NCBI GenBank assembly: GCA_041674705.1
Contig: JBAYVF010000005.1
Coordinates: forward strand, 36,645-100,644
DNA from: Candidatus Omnitrophota bacterium
Lineage (GTDB): Bacteria; Omnitrophota; Omnitrophia; Omnitrophales; Aquincolibacteriaceae
Direction of reading: 5' to 3'
DNA: 64,000 nt
In this document: positions 63,180 through 64,000 of the stretch, in pieces
Layout of the letters: each line of letters begins with the position of its first letter
Position numbering within the stretch: position 1 is the first letter of the stretch
The notes under the pieces: generated by a model
Databases searched by the model: none
Seen by the model: only the letters and a program-made list of their open reading frames with translations
What the model was told of the DNA's origin: nothing
Translations under genes and position numbers: made by a program

Positions 63180-63901
63180 GCACTGTTGATCCAAAAGATC
63201 GTTTGATCGTGGCGCTTGATGCGCCGACGCTTGAAGTGGCCGAGCAGTGGCTGATCGAACTTAAGGGCGTGGTTCATTATTACAAAGTCGGCCTGGAACT
63301 TTTTACGGCGCATAGCTGGAAGGCCGTGAATCTGGTGAAAAATTACGGCGGCAAGGTTTTTCTCGATCTTAAGCTCCATGATATCCCGAACACCGTGAGC
63401 CGGACGCTGGCGTCTGTGTGCGAGCATGAAGTGGACCTCGTGAATGTCCATGCCTTGGGCGGATTTGAAATGATGAAAGCTGCCCGCGAAGCGGTGGACA
63501 AATATTCTTCGGGGCGCGTAATCAAACCGAAACTGATCGCTGTCACGATCCTCACGAGCCATAGCCAGGAGACCTTGAAGAAAGATCTTTGTATCAAGAA
63601 GAACGTCAAAGATGAAGTGATCCATTTGGCAGGTCTCGCCCAAAAAGCCGGGCTCGATGGCGTGGTCTGTTCTCCCCAGGAGACTGCTTGGGTCCGGAAA
63701 AAATGTGGCAAGGATTTTGTGATCGTGACCCCGGGCGTCCGTCCCGTTGGCGCAGCCCTAGGGGACCAGAAAAGAATTGAGACCCCCGAAAAGGCCATCA
63801 AGAGCGGCGCCAGTTATATTGTCGTCGGCCGCCCCATCACCCAAGCCGAAAATCCAAAAAAAACCGCACTTGAGATACTCAGCTCCATAGCTTCTTCCTG
63901 A
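63167..63901 (+). CDS. pyrF: Orotidine 5'-phosphate decarboxylase
   Basis: LIVALD.. and FLDLKLHDIPNT motifs. Start ATG 63167 or 63176. Confidence 0.92.
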   Translation: MQPMSTVDPKDRLIVALDAPTLEVAEQWLIELKGVVHYYKVGLELFTAHSWKAVNLVKNYGGKVFLDLKLHDIPNTVSRTLASVCEHEVDLVNVHALGGFEMMKAAREAVDKYSSGRVIKPKLIAVTILTSHSQETLKKDLCIKKNVKDEVIHLAGLAQKAGLDGVVCSPQETAWVRKKCGKDFVIVTPGVRPVGAALGDQKRIETPEKAIKSGASYIVVGRPITQAENPKKTALEILSSIASS

Positions 63902-63962
63902 CCCTATAAAACATAACCTGTTATAAATAAAGAGCTTATAGAAACAGCCGCCACGGTTTCCC

Positions 63963-63990
63963 TTGACAGCAGAACGGAAACTTTTATAAT
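63963..63990 (+). promoter_or_regulatory. Sigma-70-type promoter at window end (TTGACA-N16-TATAAT)
   Basis: TTGACA 63963-63968, TATAAT 63985-63990. The gene it would drive lies beyond the window. Confidence 0.5.
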
Positions 63991-64000
63991 ACGCGCTCCA

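Overview
This 64-kb window is almost entirely plus-strand and looks like the chromosome of a diderm bacterium (lpxD, lgt/lspA, type-IV-pilin genes). The lineage cannot be called from sequence alone. An uncultivated, Omnitrophota-like organism is only a guess.

Gene content:
- One giant ORF (11-9262, 3,083 aa).
- Housekeeping blocks: tyrS; a gldA/F/G-like ABC operon; yggS-proC-yggT; punA; ileS; a histidine kinase, receiver and HD-GYP signalling trio; dksA-like-lspA-lgt-rluD; a futalosine-type menaquinone cluster (ubiD/ubiA/ubiX-like, mqnA, mqnC/E-like, ubiE); folE; lpxD; guaB3-guaA; dnaE; hup; csp; rsmE; mtaB; dnaG-rpoD; and pyrR-pyrB-pyrC-pyrK-pyrD-pyrF.
- RNA genes: one tRNA(CAU) and an RNase P RNA.
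- I saw no rRNA, CRISPR array, transposase or prophage.

Observations most worth following up:
1. Intergenic hairpins whose arms are inverted arrays of degenerate ~7-nt words. One carries a four-helix-bundle (23S-IVS/Avd-like) gene in its loop, inside an operon.
2. The giant membrane protein fuses a GNAT-like fold with two eukaryote-type UDP-sugar pyrophosphorylase domains. It is punctuated eight times by an R-[AS]-E-x-R motif at module junctions.
3. A minor-pilin-like operon ends in a secreted protein with a phage tail-fibre (Peptidase S74) self-cleaving chaperone domain.
4. Several small structured repeat families and candidate leader RNAs.

All calls rest on reading the sequence and on remembered family signatures. 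No database search was run.
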